Positions 19,724 to 30,321 are shown, numbered from the stretch's first letter. The stretch is 64,000 bases of DNA from Spirochaetia bacterium (GCA_965203515.1 OZ241907.1:1728001-1792000); one strand, 5' to 3'. Translations and numbers: made by a program. Notes: generated by a model from the sequence alone, not told the origin.

Positions 19724-21376
19724 ATGAAGCCACGCGCCGATCTCAACTACGATCTGGATACGTTCCGCGGCGACCTGTTCGGCGGCATCACCTCCACGGT
19801 GGTGGCGTTGCCGGTCTCGCTGGCGTTCGGCGTCGCGTCGGGGCTCGGGGCGGCGGCCGGGCTGTACGGGGCGATCGCGGTCGGCTTCTTCGCCGCCGTG
19901 TTCGGCGGCACGCGCTCGCAGATTTCGGGTCCCACCGCCCCCATGGCGGTGGCGATGTCGGTGATCATCACCACCCACGCGTCCAACCTCTCGGAGGCGC
20001 TGACGGTCGTGATGGCCGCCGGCCTGCTGCAGATGCTGTTCGGCGTGCTGGGCATCGGCCGCTTCATCGCCTACACGCCGCACGTCGTGGTCTCCGGCTT
20101 CATGACCGGCATCGGCATCATCGTCATGCTGATTCAGACGCTGCCGTTCCTGGGAGCGCCGACTGCGGCCGGCGGCGCGATCGGCGCGGTGCGCGCATGG
20201 CCGGAGGCGGTGGAGAACCTCAATCTCCACGCCATGGCGATCGCCGCGGCGACGCTCGTCATCGGCGCGATCTGGCCGCGCCGCCTGGCGCGCGTCGTTC
20301 CCGGCTCCCTGGTTGCGCTGATCGTGGGCACGGCGCTCGGCGTGCTGGTGTTCCGCGACGCGCCGGTGATCGGCGCAGTGCCCAGCGGGCTGCCGCAACT
20401 GCCGCACACGGAATTGCCGTCCGCCGGTTTCCTGCTGCGCGCTCTGCAGCCGGCGCTCATCCTGGCGCTGCTCGGGTCGGTCGACAGCCTGCTCACCTCC
20501 CTGGTGGCGGATTCGATCACCGGCACCCGTCACAACGCGAATCGGGAACTGGTGGGGCAGGGCCTCGGCAATCTGGTCGCCGGGCTGATCGGGGGCGTAC
20601 CGGGAGCCGGCGCGACCATGGGCACCGTGACCAACATCCGCGCCGGCGGGCAGACGCGCCTGTCGGGCGTGGTGCGCGCGGTACTGCTGCTCGGTCTGGT
20701 GCTGGGTCTGGGGCGCTACGTCGAGCCGATTCCGCATGCCGTGCTGGCCGGCATCCTGATGAAGGTGGGATGGGACATCGTCGACTGGCGTATGGTGCTT
20801 CGCCTCCACCGCATCCGACGCGAGCACCTGATGGTGCTGCTGCTCACGTTCGTCCTGACCGTGTTCGTGGATCTGGTGACCGCGGTGGCGATCGGGCTGA
20901 TCGCGGCCGGCATGGCGCATGCCCGTCAGCTCGAACGGCTGGAGCTCGACAGCGTGGTCTCGGTGCCGCTGCTGGACCGGACGTTCCTGACCGATGCGGG
21001 CGGCGCGATCGACCCGTACTCGGCGCGGGTCGGTCTCATCGCGCTCAGGGGCAGCTTCACCGTCGCCTCCGCCCAGAAGCTGGTCAGAGTGATCGGCCCG
21101 GACATCAAGGACCATGAGGTGGTGATCTTCGACTTCTCGGGCGCCACGTACGTGGACGACAGCGCGGCGATGCTGATCCGGCAGCTCCTGGACCTCGCCG
21201 GTGACGAGAACACCCAGTGCGTGGTGATGGGGCTGTCCGGCTCGGTCGCCGATACGCTCCGCGCGCTCGACGTGCTGCGCGGCGTCCCCGCCGATCAGGT
21301 CGTAGCGACGCTCGACGACGCTCGGCAGACCGCCCGGAAGCTGCTCGACGCCGCCTCTCCGGCTGCCGCATCCTGA
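19724..21376 (+). CDS. SulP family inorganic anion transporter with STAS domain
   Basis: ALPVSLAFGVASGLG, QISGPT, STAS motif DFSGATYVDDSA. Confidence 0.92.
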   Translation: MKPRADLNYDLDTFRGDLFGGITSTVVALPVSLAFGVASGLGAAAGLYGAIAVGFFAAVFGGTRSQISGPTAPMAVAMSVIITTHASNLSEALTVVMAAGLLQMLFGVLGIGRFIAYTPHVVVSGFMTGIGIIVMLIQTLPFLGAPTAAGGAIGAVRAWPEAVENLNLHAMAIAAATLVIGAIWPRRLARVVPGSLVALIVGTALGVLVFRDAPVIGAVPSGLPQLPHTELPSAGFLLRALQPALILALLGSVDSLLTSLVADSITGTRHNANRELVGQGLGNLVAGLIGGVPGAGATMGTVTNIRAGGQTRLSGVVRAVLLLGLVLGLGRYVEPIPHAVLAGILMKVGWDIVDWRMVLRLHRIRREHLMVLLLTFVLTVFVDLVTAVAIGLIAAGMAHARQLERLELDSVVSVPLLDRTFLTDAGGAIDPYSARVGLIALRGSFTVASAQKLVRVIGPDIKDHEVVIFDFSGATYVDDSAAMLIRQLLDLAGDENTQCVVMGLSGSVADTLRALDVLRGVPADQVVATLDDARQTARKLLDAASPAAAS

Positions 21377-21422
21377 TCCCGAGCTCCCGCCGACGGCCGA
21401 TCCGGAATCTTTTTTGAGACAC

Positions 21423-21452
21423 TTGTCTTCGACAGCAAAGGTGTCTTATACT
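21423..21452 (+). promoter_or_regulatory. Candidate sigma70 promoter (18-bp spacer, dyad symmetry) for the MerR-HTH/VIT-vWA operon
   Basis: TTGTCT-N18-TATACT overlapped by TGTC-TTC-GACA and AGACAC...GTGTCT dyads; ATG follows 7 nt later. Confidence 0.45.
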
Positions 21453-21459
21453 GCATGCG

Positions 21460-21891
21460 ATGTCGAATGACGGCGACCGTCTGGCGATAGACGAACTGTG
21501 CGCCCTGGTGGATCTGCCCAGGCGTACCGTCCGCTACTACATCCAGGAAGGACTCGTCGACCGGCCCGCCGGGGCCAAGCGTGGCGCCTACTACACCAGG
21601 CGCCACGTGGAACAATTGATGACGATCCGCACCTGGCAGCGGGCCGGCCTGAGCCTGGAACGTATCCGCGAGCTGGTGGCCGGCGGCGGTAAGAGCTCCG
21701 CTCCCCTGCCGCCGCCGCGCCCCCGGCGCCCCGGAGACGTGACGTTGCGTACCCACGTCACGATCCGCCCCGGCGTCGAGCTGGTGATCGATCCGCATGA
21801 ATCGGGTCTGAGCGCCGAGGAGGTGCGTGCGGTCGTCCGTCGAACGGCATCGCTCATCGACGAAACGCGCAAGGAGGATGCAGAGAGATGA
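21460..21891 (+). CDS. MerR-family helix-turn-helix protein
   Basis: IDELCALVDLPRRTVRYYIQEGLVDRP. Confidence 0.85.
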   Translation: MSNDGDRLAIDELCALVDLPRRTVRYYIQEGLVDRPAGAKRGAYYTRRHVEQLMTIRTWQRAGLSLERIRELVAGGGKSSAPLPPPRPRRPGDVTLRTHVTIRPGVELVIDPHESGLSAEEVRAVVRRTASLIDETRKEDAER

Positions 21892-24233
21892 GAACGACGA
21901 CGATCCTGGTCGCAACGATGGAGACCGCTCACGGCGACGTGGTGTTGGAGGAGGTCGGCATCGACGCCGCGATCGACGACCTCATGGCGGCCGTCAGCGT
22001 GTGTCAGCGGTACCGCAACCCCGGCACGACCCACGTGGAGGCGGTCTACACCTTCCCGCTGCCGCTGGATGCCGTCCTGTTGCAGTTCGAGCTGGAGCTG
22101 GGCGATCGGCGGATGGCCGGCACGGTCATAGCCAAGCCGGACGCCGAAGAGCGGTATGAGAACGCCATCGCCGAAGGCGACGCGGCGGTGCGCCTGGAGC
22201 AGTCGCAGCCGGGGCTCTACACCGCGAACGTCGGCAACCTGGCTCCGGGCGAGACGGCGACCGTCCGCTTCCGGTACGGGCTTCTGCTGCGCTGGAACGG
22301 CGACACCGTCCGGCTCATGCTGCCGACGACCATCGCCCCGCGGTACGGCGATCCGGCCGCCGGCGGCCTTGCCCCGCATCAGGCGCCGGAGTACGCGTTC
22401 GACGCCGAACGCTCCTTTCGGCTGCAGGCCGCGGTGCGGGGCGCGCTGCAGGGGGCGCGCTGGGCATCGCCGTCGCACGACATCGCGGTCACGCCTGACA
22501 CCTGGCAGACGGTGATCGAGATCGCCCGGCCTGCGGCGATGGACCGCGACGTGGTGCTGGAGGCGCGCGCCGCGGCGGCGGTCGATACCGGCGATAGCAG
22601 GGCGTTGCTCGCCCGCGACGGAGGAGGCTGGGTCGTCCTGGCGAGCTTCCGGCCCGAGCTGACCGACCTGACCGAACCCGCAGCGCACCGCAACCTCAAG
22701 ATCGTCGTCGACTGCTCCGGATCGATGAGCGGCGACTCGATCGCCCAGGTGCGGATCGCCGGAGAGCGGATACTCGAAAGCCTGCGGCCCGGCGACCTGT
22801 TCGACATCGTCGCGTTCGGCAGCCGCCATCGCGCGCTGTTCGGCCGCGAGACGCCGGCGTCCGCGGCCAACGTCGCCCGCGCGCGCCGCTTCGTGAGCGG
22901 CCTGGACGCCGACATGGGCGGCACGGAGATACAGGCCGCGCTGCGGGCCGCCTACCGCATCGCCGGAGAACCCGGCATGACGCGCGACCTGCTGCTGATC
23001 ACCGACGGCGAAGTGTGGCAGACCAGGAGCGCCGTCGATGAGGCGCGCCGGTCCGGCCACCGCATCTTTACGGTCGGCGTCGGCAGCTCGGTCGCCGAGC
23101 CGTTCGTCCGCGCGCTCGCCAAAGCGACCGGCGGCGCCTGCGAGCTGGTAGCGCCGCGGGAAGACATGGCCGAACGCATCCACCGCCACTTCCAGCGCAT
23201 CCTCGCGCCGCCCGCGCGTACGGCTCGCGTCGTCTGGCCGGCCCCCGTACGGCAGACGGTCCCCGATCCGCTGCCGCCGCCGTACCCCGGCGACACCATG
23301 CACCTGTTCGGATCGTTCGCCGAGCGGCCGTGCGGACCGGTCACCCTGGAGCTGGAGTTGGCCGACGGCCGCACGATCACCCAACGGATGGAGGTCGGCC
23401 CGGAGCCGACCGATGACACCGTGGACGGGCCGAGCGCCGTTCGGTCCGACGTGGCGCGCATGGGCGCCGCGCAGCGGTTGCCGGCGATGGCCGACGGGGC
23501 GGCGGCGACCGAGCTGGCGGTCCGGTATCAACTCCTGTCGGAGTGGACGGACTACCTGGTCGTTCACGTGCGGGCGGAGGCCGACAAGGCGAACGATCTG
23601 CCGGCCCTGGTCAAGGTCCCGCAGGTGCTGGCCGCCGGCTGGCACGGAGTCGGCACCGTGCTGCACGATCGCGCCGCGCCGCGCCCGATGGCCGCGCCAC
23701 AGCCGATGGATCAGGACGTCGGCGAACCGCTCTGTGAGTACAGAGCAAGACCTTCTGCGGGCCGTTCTGACAAATCCCGAAGAGGCACGCGGAAACCAGC
23801 GTCTGGGGCGCGAGCGAGCCACCGCCGGTCGGATCTCACCTATGCAGAACGCCGGCTTCCAGATGAGGCCTTCTCCCCAGAGCCCCTTCCAGCGCCGCAC
23901 GCGATCACCCCTGTCGAACTCGTCGCCGCGCTGAACGAGCGCCCGCTGCCGGCCGCGCCGACGCTCGACGATCTGCTGGCGCGCGGCGTTCCCGACGAGA
24001 TCGTCGACCAGCTCCGGGAACTGGCCGACGGAGGCGGTGAGGACCCGTCCGCTATCGCCATCATCTTCCTGTACCTGCTGTGCCGGTCATCCGCCGGCAA
24101 GGCGCTGGACGCGCAGCAACGCCGGTCGATACTGGCCGCCTACCGGAAGCTGTCGGACCGCGAGGCGACGGTCCGCGCCGTCCGGCGCGTCTGGCGGGAG
24201 TGGGAGGCATCCGGCGCCCACGCGCTCCCGTAA
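21888..24233 (+). CDS. VIT domain plus von Willebrand factor A domain protein
   Basis: VIT motifs EAVYTFPLP and VGNLAPGE; MIDAS VVDCSGSM, GGTE and LITDGE. Confidence 0.9.
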   Translation: MRTTTILVATMETAHGDVVLEEVGIDAAIDDLMAAVSVCQRYRNPGTTHVEAVYTFPLPLDAVLLQFELELGDRRMAGTVIAKPDAEERYENAIAEGDAAVRLEQSQPGLYTANVGNLAPGETATVRFRYGLLLRWNGDTVRLMLPTTIAPRYGDPAAGGLAPHQAPEYAFDAERSFRLQAAVRGALQGARWASPSHDIAVTPDTWQTVIEIARPAAMDRDVVLEARAAAAVDTGDSRALLARDGGGWVVLASFRPELTDLTEPAAHRNLKIVVDCSGSMSGDSIAQVRIAGERILESLRPGDLFDIVAFGSRHRALFGRETPASAANVARARRFVSGLDADMGGTEIQAALRAAYRIAGEPGMTRDLLLITDGEVWQTRSAVDEARRSGHRIFTVGVGSSVAEPFVRALAKATGGACELVAPREDMAERIHRHFQRILAPPARTARVVWPAPVRQTVPDPLPPPYPGDTMHLFGSFAERPCGPVTLELELADGRTITQRMEVGPEPTDDTVDGPSAVRSDVARMGAAQRLPAMADGAAATELAVRYQLLSEWTDYLVVHVRAEADKANDLPALVKVPQVLAAGWHGVGTVLHDRAAPRPMAAPQPMDQDVGEPLCEYRARPSAGRSDKSRRGTRKPASGARASHRRSDLTYAERRLPDEAFSPEPLPAPHAITPVELVAALNERPLPAAPTLDDLLARGVPDEIVDQLRELADGGGEDPSAIAIIFLYLLCRSSAGKALDAQQRRSILAAYRKLSDREATVRAVRRVWREWEASGAHALP

Positions 24234-24240
24234 CCCTTAC

Positions 24241-24266
24241 GGCCGGCCGGGGGAACCCGGCCGGCC
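24241..24266 (+). terminator. GC-rich hairpin after the VIT-vWA gene
   Basis: GGCCGGCCGGG-GGAA-CCCGGCCGGCC, 11-bp stem, no clear U tract. Confidence 0.45.
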
Positions 24267-24369
24267 CTTCAGGCGCCTCACGTCCGCAGCCGACGGCCCG
24301 GCGCATCGCCGGCTCACCCTCCTTGACCGTGGCCGCCGGTTGCGGTAATCACGTCCGGTCACTCACGAG

Positions 24370-25401
24370 ATGAGCATTACCCGCACCGAGTTCGGCGTTG
24401 CCGGCGACAGCCCGGTCTACCGCTATGAAATGCGCAACCGCCGCGGCACGACCGCGGCGGTGTTGACGCTGGGCGCCAATCTGCAATCGGTGCGCGCGCC
24501 GGGCCGGCATGACCCGGAAGAGATCACCCTGAGCTACGACGACGTGAGCGGCTACCTGGACCCGGACTACCCGTACTTCGGCGCCGTGATCGGCCGGGTC
24601 GCCAACCGCATCGCCGGCGGCGTCTTCGATCTCGACGGCGCCCGCTACGAGCTGGCGCGCAACGCGGGCGACCTGCACCTGCACGGCGGCGCGATCGGCT
24701 TCGACCGGCGCATCTGGGAAGCCGACGCGCACGAGGACGACGGCGAGGACCGCATCGCGCTGCGCTACCGCAGCCCCGACGGCGAGGAGGGATACCCCGG
24801 CGCTCTCACCGCGCAGGCGGTCTACCGATTGACCGAGCACGACGAGCTGGTGATCGATCTGCAGGCGTCCACCGACGCGCCGACGATCGTCAACCTCACC
24901 AATCACGCCTACTGGAATCTGGCCGGCGCCGGCAACGGGACCGTGGAGGGCCACGAGCTCCACCTGCACTGCTCGCGCGTGCTGCAGCGAGGCGCCGACG
25001 GAGTCCCCACCGGCGCAGTGGTGCCGGTGACCGGCAGCGCCTTCGACTTCACTCACCCGCGCCGGATCGGCGATCGGATCCGGCAGGCCGGCGGTTACGA
25101 CCACTGCTTCGTGATCGACGGAGCGCCCGGACAGCTCCGCACGTTCGCCCGCGTGTACGCGCCGGGCTCCGGCCGGGTCATGGAGGTGGCCACCACGCAG
25201 CCCGGAGTGCAGCTCTACACCTCGGAGTTCCTGCCGCCCACCGTCGGCGCCGGCGGGCGGATGTTCGGGCCGCGCGGCGCCCTCTGCCTGGAGACCCAAC
25301 ACTTCCCCGACAGCGTGCACCACCCCCACTTTCCCTCGATCGTGCTGCGGCCGGGCCAGACCTACCGGCACCGCACCGTGCACCGCTTCTGGGTGACGTA
25401 A
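24370..25401 (+). CDS. galM: Aldose 1-epimerase (galactose mutarotase)
   Basis: GRVANRI, HLHGG, NLTNHAYWNL, YDHCF, CLETQHFPD. Confidence 0.92.
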   Translation: MSITRTEFGVAGDSPVYRYEMRNRRGTTAAVLTLGANLQSVRAPGRHDPEEITLSYDDVSGYLDPDYPYFGAVIGRVANRIAGGVFDLDGARYELARNAGDLHLHGGAIGFDRRIWEADAHEDDGEDRIALRYRSPDGEEGYPGALTAQAVYRLTEHDELVIDLQASTDAPTIVNLTNHAYWNLAGAGNGTVEGHELHLHCSRVLQRGADGVPTGAVVPVTGSAFDFTHPRRIGDRIRQAGGYDHCFVIDGAPGQLRTFARVYAPGSGRVMEVATTQPGVQLYTSEFLPPTVGAGGRMFGPRGALCLETQHFPDSVHHPHFPSIVLRPGQTYRHRTVHRFWVT

Positions 25402-25448
25402 CCGACGCCAGGAACCGCGGCTCCGGCCGCCAGGGAACGGCGGCTCCG

Positions 25449-26594
25449 TCAGACCGCCAGCCGGTACTCCTCGTAAGCGTTGGCGCGCGGGTTGCCGCGG
25501 CTGACGTGCATGCGGCCGGCGTCCGCCTCGATGACGACCGAGAACACGCTGGTCCAGAAGCCGTGCCGGGGGTGATCGTTGGCGTGCCGGCAGATCGACC
25601 GCGGCGCGCCCTGATGATCGCGCAACGCCGCCTGCGCCGCCCGGAGGACGTCGCCGCCGCCGGCGGCCCCTTCCAGCAGGGCGTCGATGCGCCGCTTGCG
25701 CGGACCGGACTCGATCAGCTCCGGGAAGCGGTCGTTCACCGCGGCCAACGCCGGATGCAGGCAGTGGTTGGTGTGGGTCAGCCAGGCGGCTCCGCCGTCC
25801 GGCCGCAGCACGCGCAAGTCGTCGATCAGAATCTCGAAGTCGGCCGGCCCCTGCGGCGTAGCCAGCAGGAGGTTGGCCGGAATGGCGCGCCGCGCGCTCC
25901 GCACCTCGTCGATAGCGGCATCGAGCGATTCGGCCTCCAGCACGCGGCGCACGATGAAGTAATGCGGTACGCCGACCCCGCGGGCTGGCGCCGGCAGCGC
26001 GTTCAGACAGACGCCGATGCCGCGCTCGCTGCAACCGACGTAGCCGATCAACCCGGCCTGGCCGATCGTCAGCGTCGCCGGAGCGGCCAACGGCCGGCGG
26101 GTCAGCACCACCGTGTACGGGTCGAGTTCCGGGTCGTTGTCCCAGTTCTGGGCGACCAGCGCCGGCCGCCGCGCCGCCAGAGCGGTGCAGCCGCCGTCGC
26201 CCGGCGCCGCCTCGCCTGCGTGCCGCCGCCCGGCGTCTTCGCTGCCCCGAAGTTGATTGCGGACCTGCAGGAGCATCAACTCCGCAAGCGATAGGCCGCT
26301 CGATTCGGCCATTCCGTGCAGCTCGGCAAGCAGCTCCGGCGCATAGTCGGCGACGTACGGGATGCACGCGGAGGCGGCGGCGAGCGCATGCTCGCGGGTG
26401 ACCGGTACCGTCTTGTTGACCCGGTCCAGGGCGATGCGCGCGAAGCCGCGAATCTCCTCTCCCGCCGCTTCGCCGATCCGGCGGCCGATTTCGCGCGGCG
26501 TCCCCTCCACCTCGATTTCGCGATAGCGCCAAGCACTGCCGGCCGCAATGCGGCGGTAGCCGCTGGGCGGCGCGCCGCCGGCGATCGGTTCCAT
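25449..26594 (-). CDS. C45 family autoproteolytic acyltransferase/peptidase (Ntn hydrolase)
   Basis: GGCTA cleavage site, AQNWD, HTNH. Confidence 0.85.
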   Translation of the reverse strand: MEPIAGGAPPSGYRRIAAGSAWRYREIEVEGTPREIGRRIGEAAGEEIRGFARIALDRVNKTVPVTREHALAAASACIPYVADYAPELLAELHGMAESSGLSLAELMLLQVRNQLRGSEDAGRRHAGEAAPGDGGCTALAARRPALVAQNWDNDPELDPYTVVLTRRPLAAPATLTIGQAGLIGYVGCSERGIGVCLNALPAPARGVGVPHYFIVRRVLEAESLDAAIDEVRSARRAIPANLLLATPQGPADFEILIDDLRVLRPDGGAAWLTHTNHCLHPALAAVNDRFPELIESGPRKRRIDALLEGAAGGGDVLRAAQAALRDHQGAPRSICRHANDHPRHGFWTSVFSVVIEADAGRMHVSRGNPRANAYEEYRLAV

Positions 26595-27577
26595 CACGAA
26601 TCGAGATCGATCACGACCTGGCAGGCGCCGTCGTCGCCGGAGCGCGACAGCTCATAGGCCCGCGCCGCGTCGTCGATCGACAGGCGGTGGGTGATCAGTC
26701 CGTCGAAGTCGAAATCGCCGCGGGCCAGATGGTTGGTCGCCAGTCGATAGGCGTGGTAGCCGCCGGCCTCGTAGGTGGCCGGCGTCGACATCAGCACCGC
26801 GCACTGCTTCTGGTAGAGCACGCCGTAGTCGAGCGGAACGGTCGGCGCGCGCGGCTCGCCGTACAGCAGCAGGCGCCCCTCCGCGCGCACCAGCGCAAGC
26901 GCCAGGTTGATCGACGCCGCGGCGCCGGCCGCCTCCACCACCACGTCCGGGAGCGCGCCGGAGACCGCGGCCACCTGCGCCGCCGCATCGGCAGCGCCGC
27001 CGCCGGGATCGACTACGGCGGTGGCGCCGTAGCGCAACGCCGCCTCGCGCCGCGCGGCGATCGGGTCGATCCCGATCACCTGCCGCGCGCCGGCGCGCCG
27101 CAGCACCGCGTCCAGCACCACGCCGGCCGGCCCCTGACCGACCACCGCCACCGACCGCCCCACGACGTCGCGGAGCCGGTCGGCCGCGATCAGGGCGCAG
27201 GCGAGCTGATGCACCAGCGCCAGCCGGTCGAGCGGCGTGTCGAGCGTCTGATGGATCAGCTCGCCGATCGGGACCAGGATCTGCTCCGCCAGTCCGTCGT
27301 AGCCGGGACGCCGGACGATGGCGACCTCGTCCACCACGAACGGCAGCGGCTTGACGCCGACGTACTCGATCGCCTCGACGCGGCCCACGATCTGATGCGC
27401 GCACGTCGACTGAGCCAGCGGGTAGGAGCCGGGGGCGCCGTCGTAGACGCGGCGCGTGTCGCCGCCGCCGATGGCGATGACCAGCGGTCGTACCACCGCG
27501 CTGCCGGGCCGGACCGTCAGATCGGCGACCTGATCCACTTCGACGCGGCCGGGCGCGACGATCCGGGCGCTCTTCAT
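26594..27577 (-). CDS. Medium-chain (zinc-binding family) dehydrogenase with atypical metal ligands
   Basis: Rossmann VVGQGPAG, DVVVEAAG, LITHR. IGGGD/AHQ replace CGSD/GHE. Confidence 0.75.
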   Translation of the reverse strand: MKSARIVAPGRVEVDQVADLTVRPGSAVVRPLVIAIGGGDTRRVYDGAPGSYPLAQSTCAHQIVGRVEAIEYVGVKPLPFVVDEVAIVRRPGYDGLAEQILVPIGELIHQTLDTPLDRLALVHQLACALIAADRLRDVVGRSVAVVGQGPAGVVLDAVLRRAGARQVIGIDPIAARREAALRYGATAVVDPGGGAADAAAQVAAVSGALPDVVVEAAGAAASINLALALVRAEGRLLLYGEPRAPTVPLDYGVLYQKQCAVLMSTPATYEAGGYHAYRLATNHLARGDFDFDGLITHRLSIDDAARAYELSRSGDDGACQVVIDLDS

Positions 27578-27636
27578 GCCGCCCCGATCCTACCGAACTG
27601 GCCGCAGGCGACAACAGCCCGATACAATCCGCACCG

Positions 27637-28953
27637 ATGAAGCTGCTGTTCATGGACCGGCGCGACGTGCATCGGCCCTGGGGCCACGTGCGGTTCCGGC
27701 CTACCCCGTTCCGGTATCTGGGCAGGACCGGGATGCGCGACGTCATCTGCTTTGCGGCGCCCCGACCCGACGGCGCTGCGGACGTGTTCCACTACCGGAT
27801 GAGCCGCCACACGCCCTGGAAGCTGCTGCGCAGCGTGACGGCCGACGGCATCCGGTTCGAGGAGACGCACGTCGTCTGCGAGCGCTCGGAGCACAAGTGG
27901 CACTACGCCGCGCGCATGATGCACAGCCCGGAGCTGGAGCGTTACGTCTTCATGAAGAACGCGTTCCACGACGGCGAGATGCAGATGTACGTCTTCCACA
28001 GCCGCGACGGCGAACGCTGGGAGGAGCATGCTGGCGGCCCGGTGTTCGCCGAGGGCGACGCCTGGGGCGCGATGTGGTCTTCCGCCGCGCAGCGGTTCAT
28101 CTACTACGGCAAGGGCTGGCAGCGCTGGGACAAGGGCGTGCACGACCTGGTGCTCAACGGCCGCCGGGTGGTGACGATCCGCACGAGCCCGGACGGCTTC
28201 CGGTGGACGCCGGACTCCGCCAGCCGGTATTTCGAGGGATCGGAGTACCGCAACGACATGCTGCTGCTGCGCGGGCGGCTGGTGCCGATCGAGTTCCAGA
28301 TCTCGCCGGACGATCGGGACCCGCCGGACCTGGAGTTCTACTCGGCCAACGCCTTCGCGTACGAGGGCCGCTATTACCTCCACATGAACAACTACGCCGG
28401 CAGCTTCATCCAGCCCGGCATCGACCCGATGCGCGCCAATGGCCACGGCGTGTTCCTGCCCTGCGAGCGCTGGATCAGCCGCGACGGCCTGCACTGGAGC
28501 CGGCCGTTCCGGGAGATCGACGTGGGCGCGTTCGCGCTGCACAACCCGATCCTGGCGGGCGGCATGATGCTGTTTCAGCGCGGCGACCGCCTGCACGGGC
28601 TGCCGGCCGACCGGCTGACCTACGTGACCTCACCGACCAATTCCCGGTTCGAGACCGACGAGTTCCGGATGCCGGCCGGCCCGTTGCGGCTCAACGCCAA
28701 GATTCCCGGCGACGAGTACGACAACCAGGAGAACCAGGCCTACGTGATGGCGGAGCTGATCGACGCCCGCGATCGGGTGATCCCCGGCTACGAGCGGGAC
28801 GGCTGCCTGCTGCAGGCGCCGCTCGACCGCCCCGACCACCCGCTGGTCTGGCGGAGCGAAGGCCGGCGCCGCGACGGCTCGGCGCTGGCCGGCTCGCCAG
28901 TGCGGGTCCGCTTCTACGCCCGCGCGTCCGCTGTCTACGCGCTCACCGGATAG
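27637..28953 (+). CDS. Hypothetical protein, beta-propeller glycosidase-like
   Basis: Repeated Asp-box-like motifs (TADGIRF, SRDGERW, SPDGFRW, SRDGLHW). Confidence 0.6.
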   Translation: MKLLFMDRRDVHRPWGHVRFRPTPFRYLGRTGMRDVICFAAPRPDGAADVFHYRMSRHTPWKLLRSVTADGIRFEETHVVCERSEHKWHYAARMMHSPELERYVFMKNAFHDGEMQMYVFHSRDGERWEEHAGGPVFAEGDAWGAMWSSAAQRFIYYGKGWQRWDKGVHDLVLNGRRVVTIRTSPDGFRWTPDSASRYFEGSEYRNDMLLLRGRLVPIEFQISPDDRDPPDLEFYSANAFAYEGRYYLHMNNYAGSFIQPGIDPMRANGHGVFLPCERWISRDGLHWSRPFREIDVGAFALHNPILAGGMMLFQRGDRLHGLPADRLTYVTSPTNSRFETDEFRMPAGPLRLNAKIPGDEYDNQENQAYVMAELIDARDRVIPGYERDGCLLQAPLDRPDHPLVWRSEGRRRDGSALAGSPVRVRFYARASAVYALTG

Positions 28954-28982
28954 CCGGTCGGCCGAGCGAGGCGTAGTACCGA

Positions 28983-30311
28983 TCATTCGTCGGGAGGCGC
29001 CAACAACCATTCGCAGGCGGGCTGCGCCACGACGCCGGCCGGCAGGTCGTCGGGGATGCCGTCGCGAACGAGCGTCAGCAGCCGCTTGCCGGCGCCGGGG
29101 AACATCGCTCCGGCGGCGGCGAGCGCGCGCAGTTCACGGTTGGCGGTCGCCGCGTCGGAGAGGTCCGCGCAGACCTGGATCAGTTCCGCTTCGCCGCCGG
29201 CGCGCCGGGCCAGAAAGTCGACCTCGAACCCTTCCCGGCTCCGCACGTAGGTGACGTCATACCGGCGCCGTTCCAGCTCTACCAGGACGGCGGTCTCCAG
29301 CGCGTGGCCGACGTTCGCCCGGCCGGTGCGATCGAACAACGGGATCAATCCCGGATCGACCGGATACGCCTTGCGGGGGTTCACCATGCGCTGGCGCTCC
29401 GACCCGGATTCCATCCACACCAGCCGCACCAGGAAGCAGTCTTCCAGATGGGCCAGGAGCCGATGCAGCGTGTCCCTGCCGATCGCGATGCCCTGCGACC
29501 TGAGCGCGGCGTGAAACTTCTCCACGCTGAACATCGAGCCGGCGTTACCCAGAAGGTGACGGACCAGGGCGCGCAAACCGACCACGTTGCGGACCTCGTG
29601 GCGCTCGATGACGTCGCGCAGCACCGCCACGTCGACGTAGTCGTGGAGCAGCCGGTGCCGCGACGCCGCGTCGAGACCCTGCGCTTCCGGGAATCCGCCC
29701 GCCTGCAGCCAGTCGAGCAGCGCGCGCTCCACCTGGGACCGTTCTTTCGGGGCAAGAAAGCCCGGTTCCGCCGGGACGGGCTGCCGCCGGTGACGCAGGG
29801 CCTCCTCGAACGAGAACGGATGCATCACCACCTGCCACGCACGGCCGCGGAGCGCGGTGGCGATCTCCCGCGACAACAACGCGGCCGACGAACCGGTGAC
29901 GAACACCCGCACCCGGTCGGTGTCGAGCAGGCGGCGCACGAACCGCTCCCACCCGGCGACCATCTGCACCTCGTCGAAGCACCACGTCACCTCGACGTCG
30001 TGAAGGTCGGGAAACCGCCGGTAGTACTCTTCCACCGCCAACCCCAGGTCGCGGCCGTCGAGCCCGGCCAGCCGTTCGTCCTCGAACGACAGGTACGGCA
30101 GGCGCTCCCGGGGCACGCCGCGATCGACGAGGTCGCGGCGCATCCGGTGGAGGAAGGCGGTCTTGCCCGCGCGGCGGATGCCGGTGACCGCGGTCGCCTT
30201 GCCGGCGAACCAAAGCCGGCCGAAGACGCGGCGGGCCGTGTACTCCGGCAGCGGCCGTCGCAGGGAATCGGCGAGCTGCTCGGACAGGACCCGACGCTGC
30301 AGGTCATCCAT
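28983..30311 (-). CDS. ATP-binding protein (AAA_14 plus DUF4143)
   Basis: GIRRAGKT, FDEVQ, TGSS, GGFPE, NPRKAYPVDPG, EVDFLA. Confidence 0.9.
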   Translation of the reverse strand: MDDLQRRVLSEQLADSLRRPLPEYTARRVFGRLWFAGKATAVTGIRRAGKTAFLHRMRRDLVDRGVPRERLPYLSFEDERLAGLDGRDLGLAVEEYYRRFPDLHDVEVTWCFDEVQMVAGWERFVRRLLDTDRVRVFVTGSSAALLSREIATALRGRAWQVVMHPFSFEEALRHRRQPVPAEPGFLAPKERSQVERALLDWLQAGGFPEAQGLDAASRHRLLHDYVDVAVLRDVIERHEVRNVVGLRALVRHLLGNAGSMFSVEKFHAALRSQGIAIGRDTLHRLLAHLEDCFLVRLVWMESGSERQRMVNPRKAYPVDPGLIPLFDRTGRANVGHALETAVLVELERRRYDVTYVRSREGFEVDFLARRAGGEAELIQVCADLSDAATANRELRALAAAGAMFPGAGKRLLTLVRDGIPDDLPAGVVAQPACEWLLAPPDE

Positions 30312-30321
30312 GTCGTCAATG

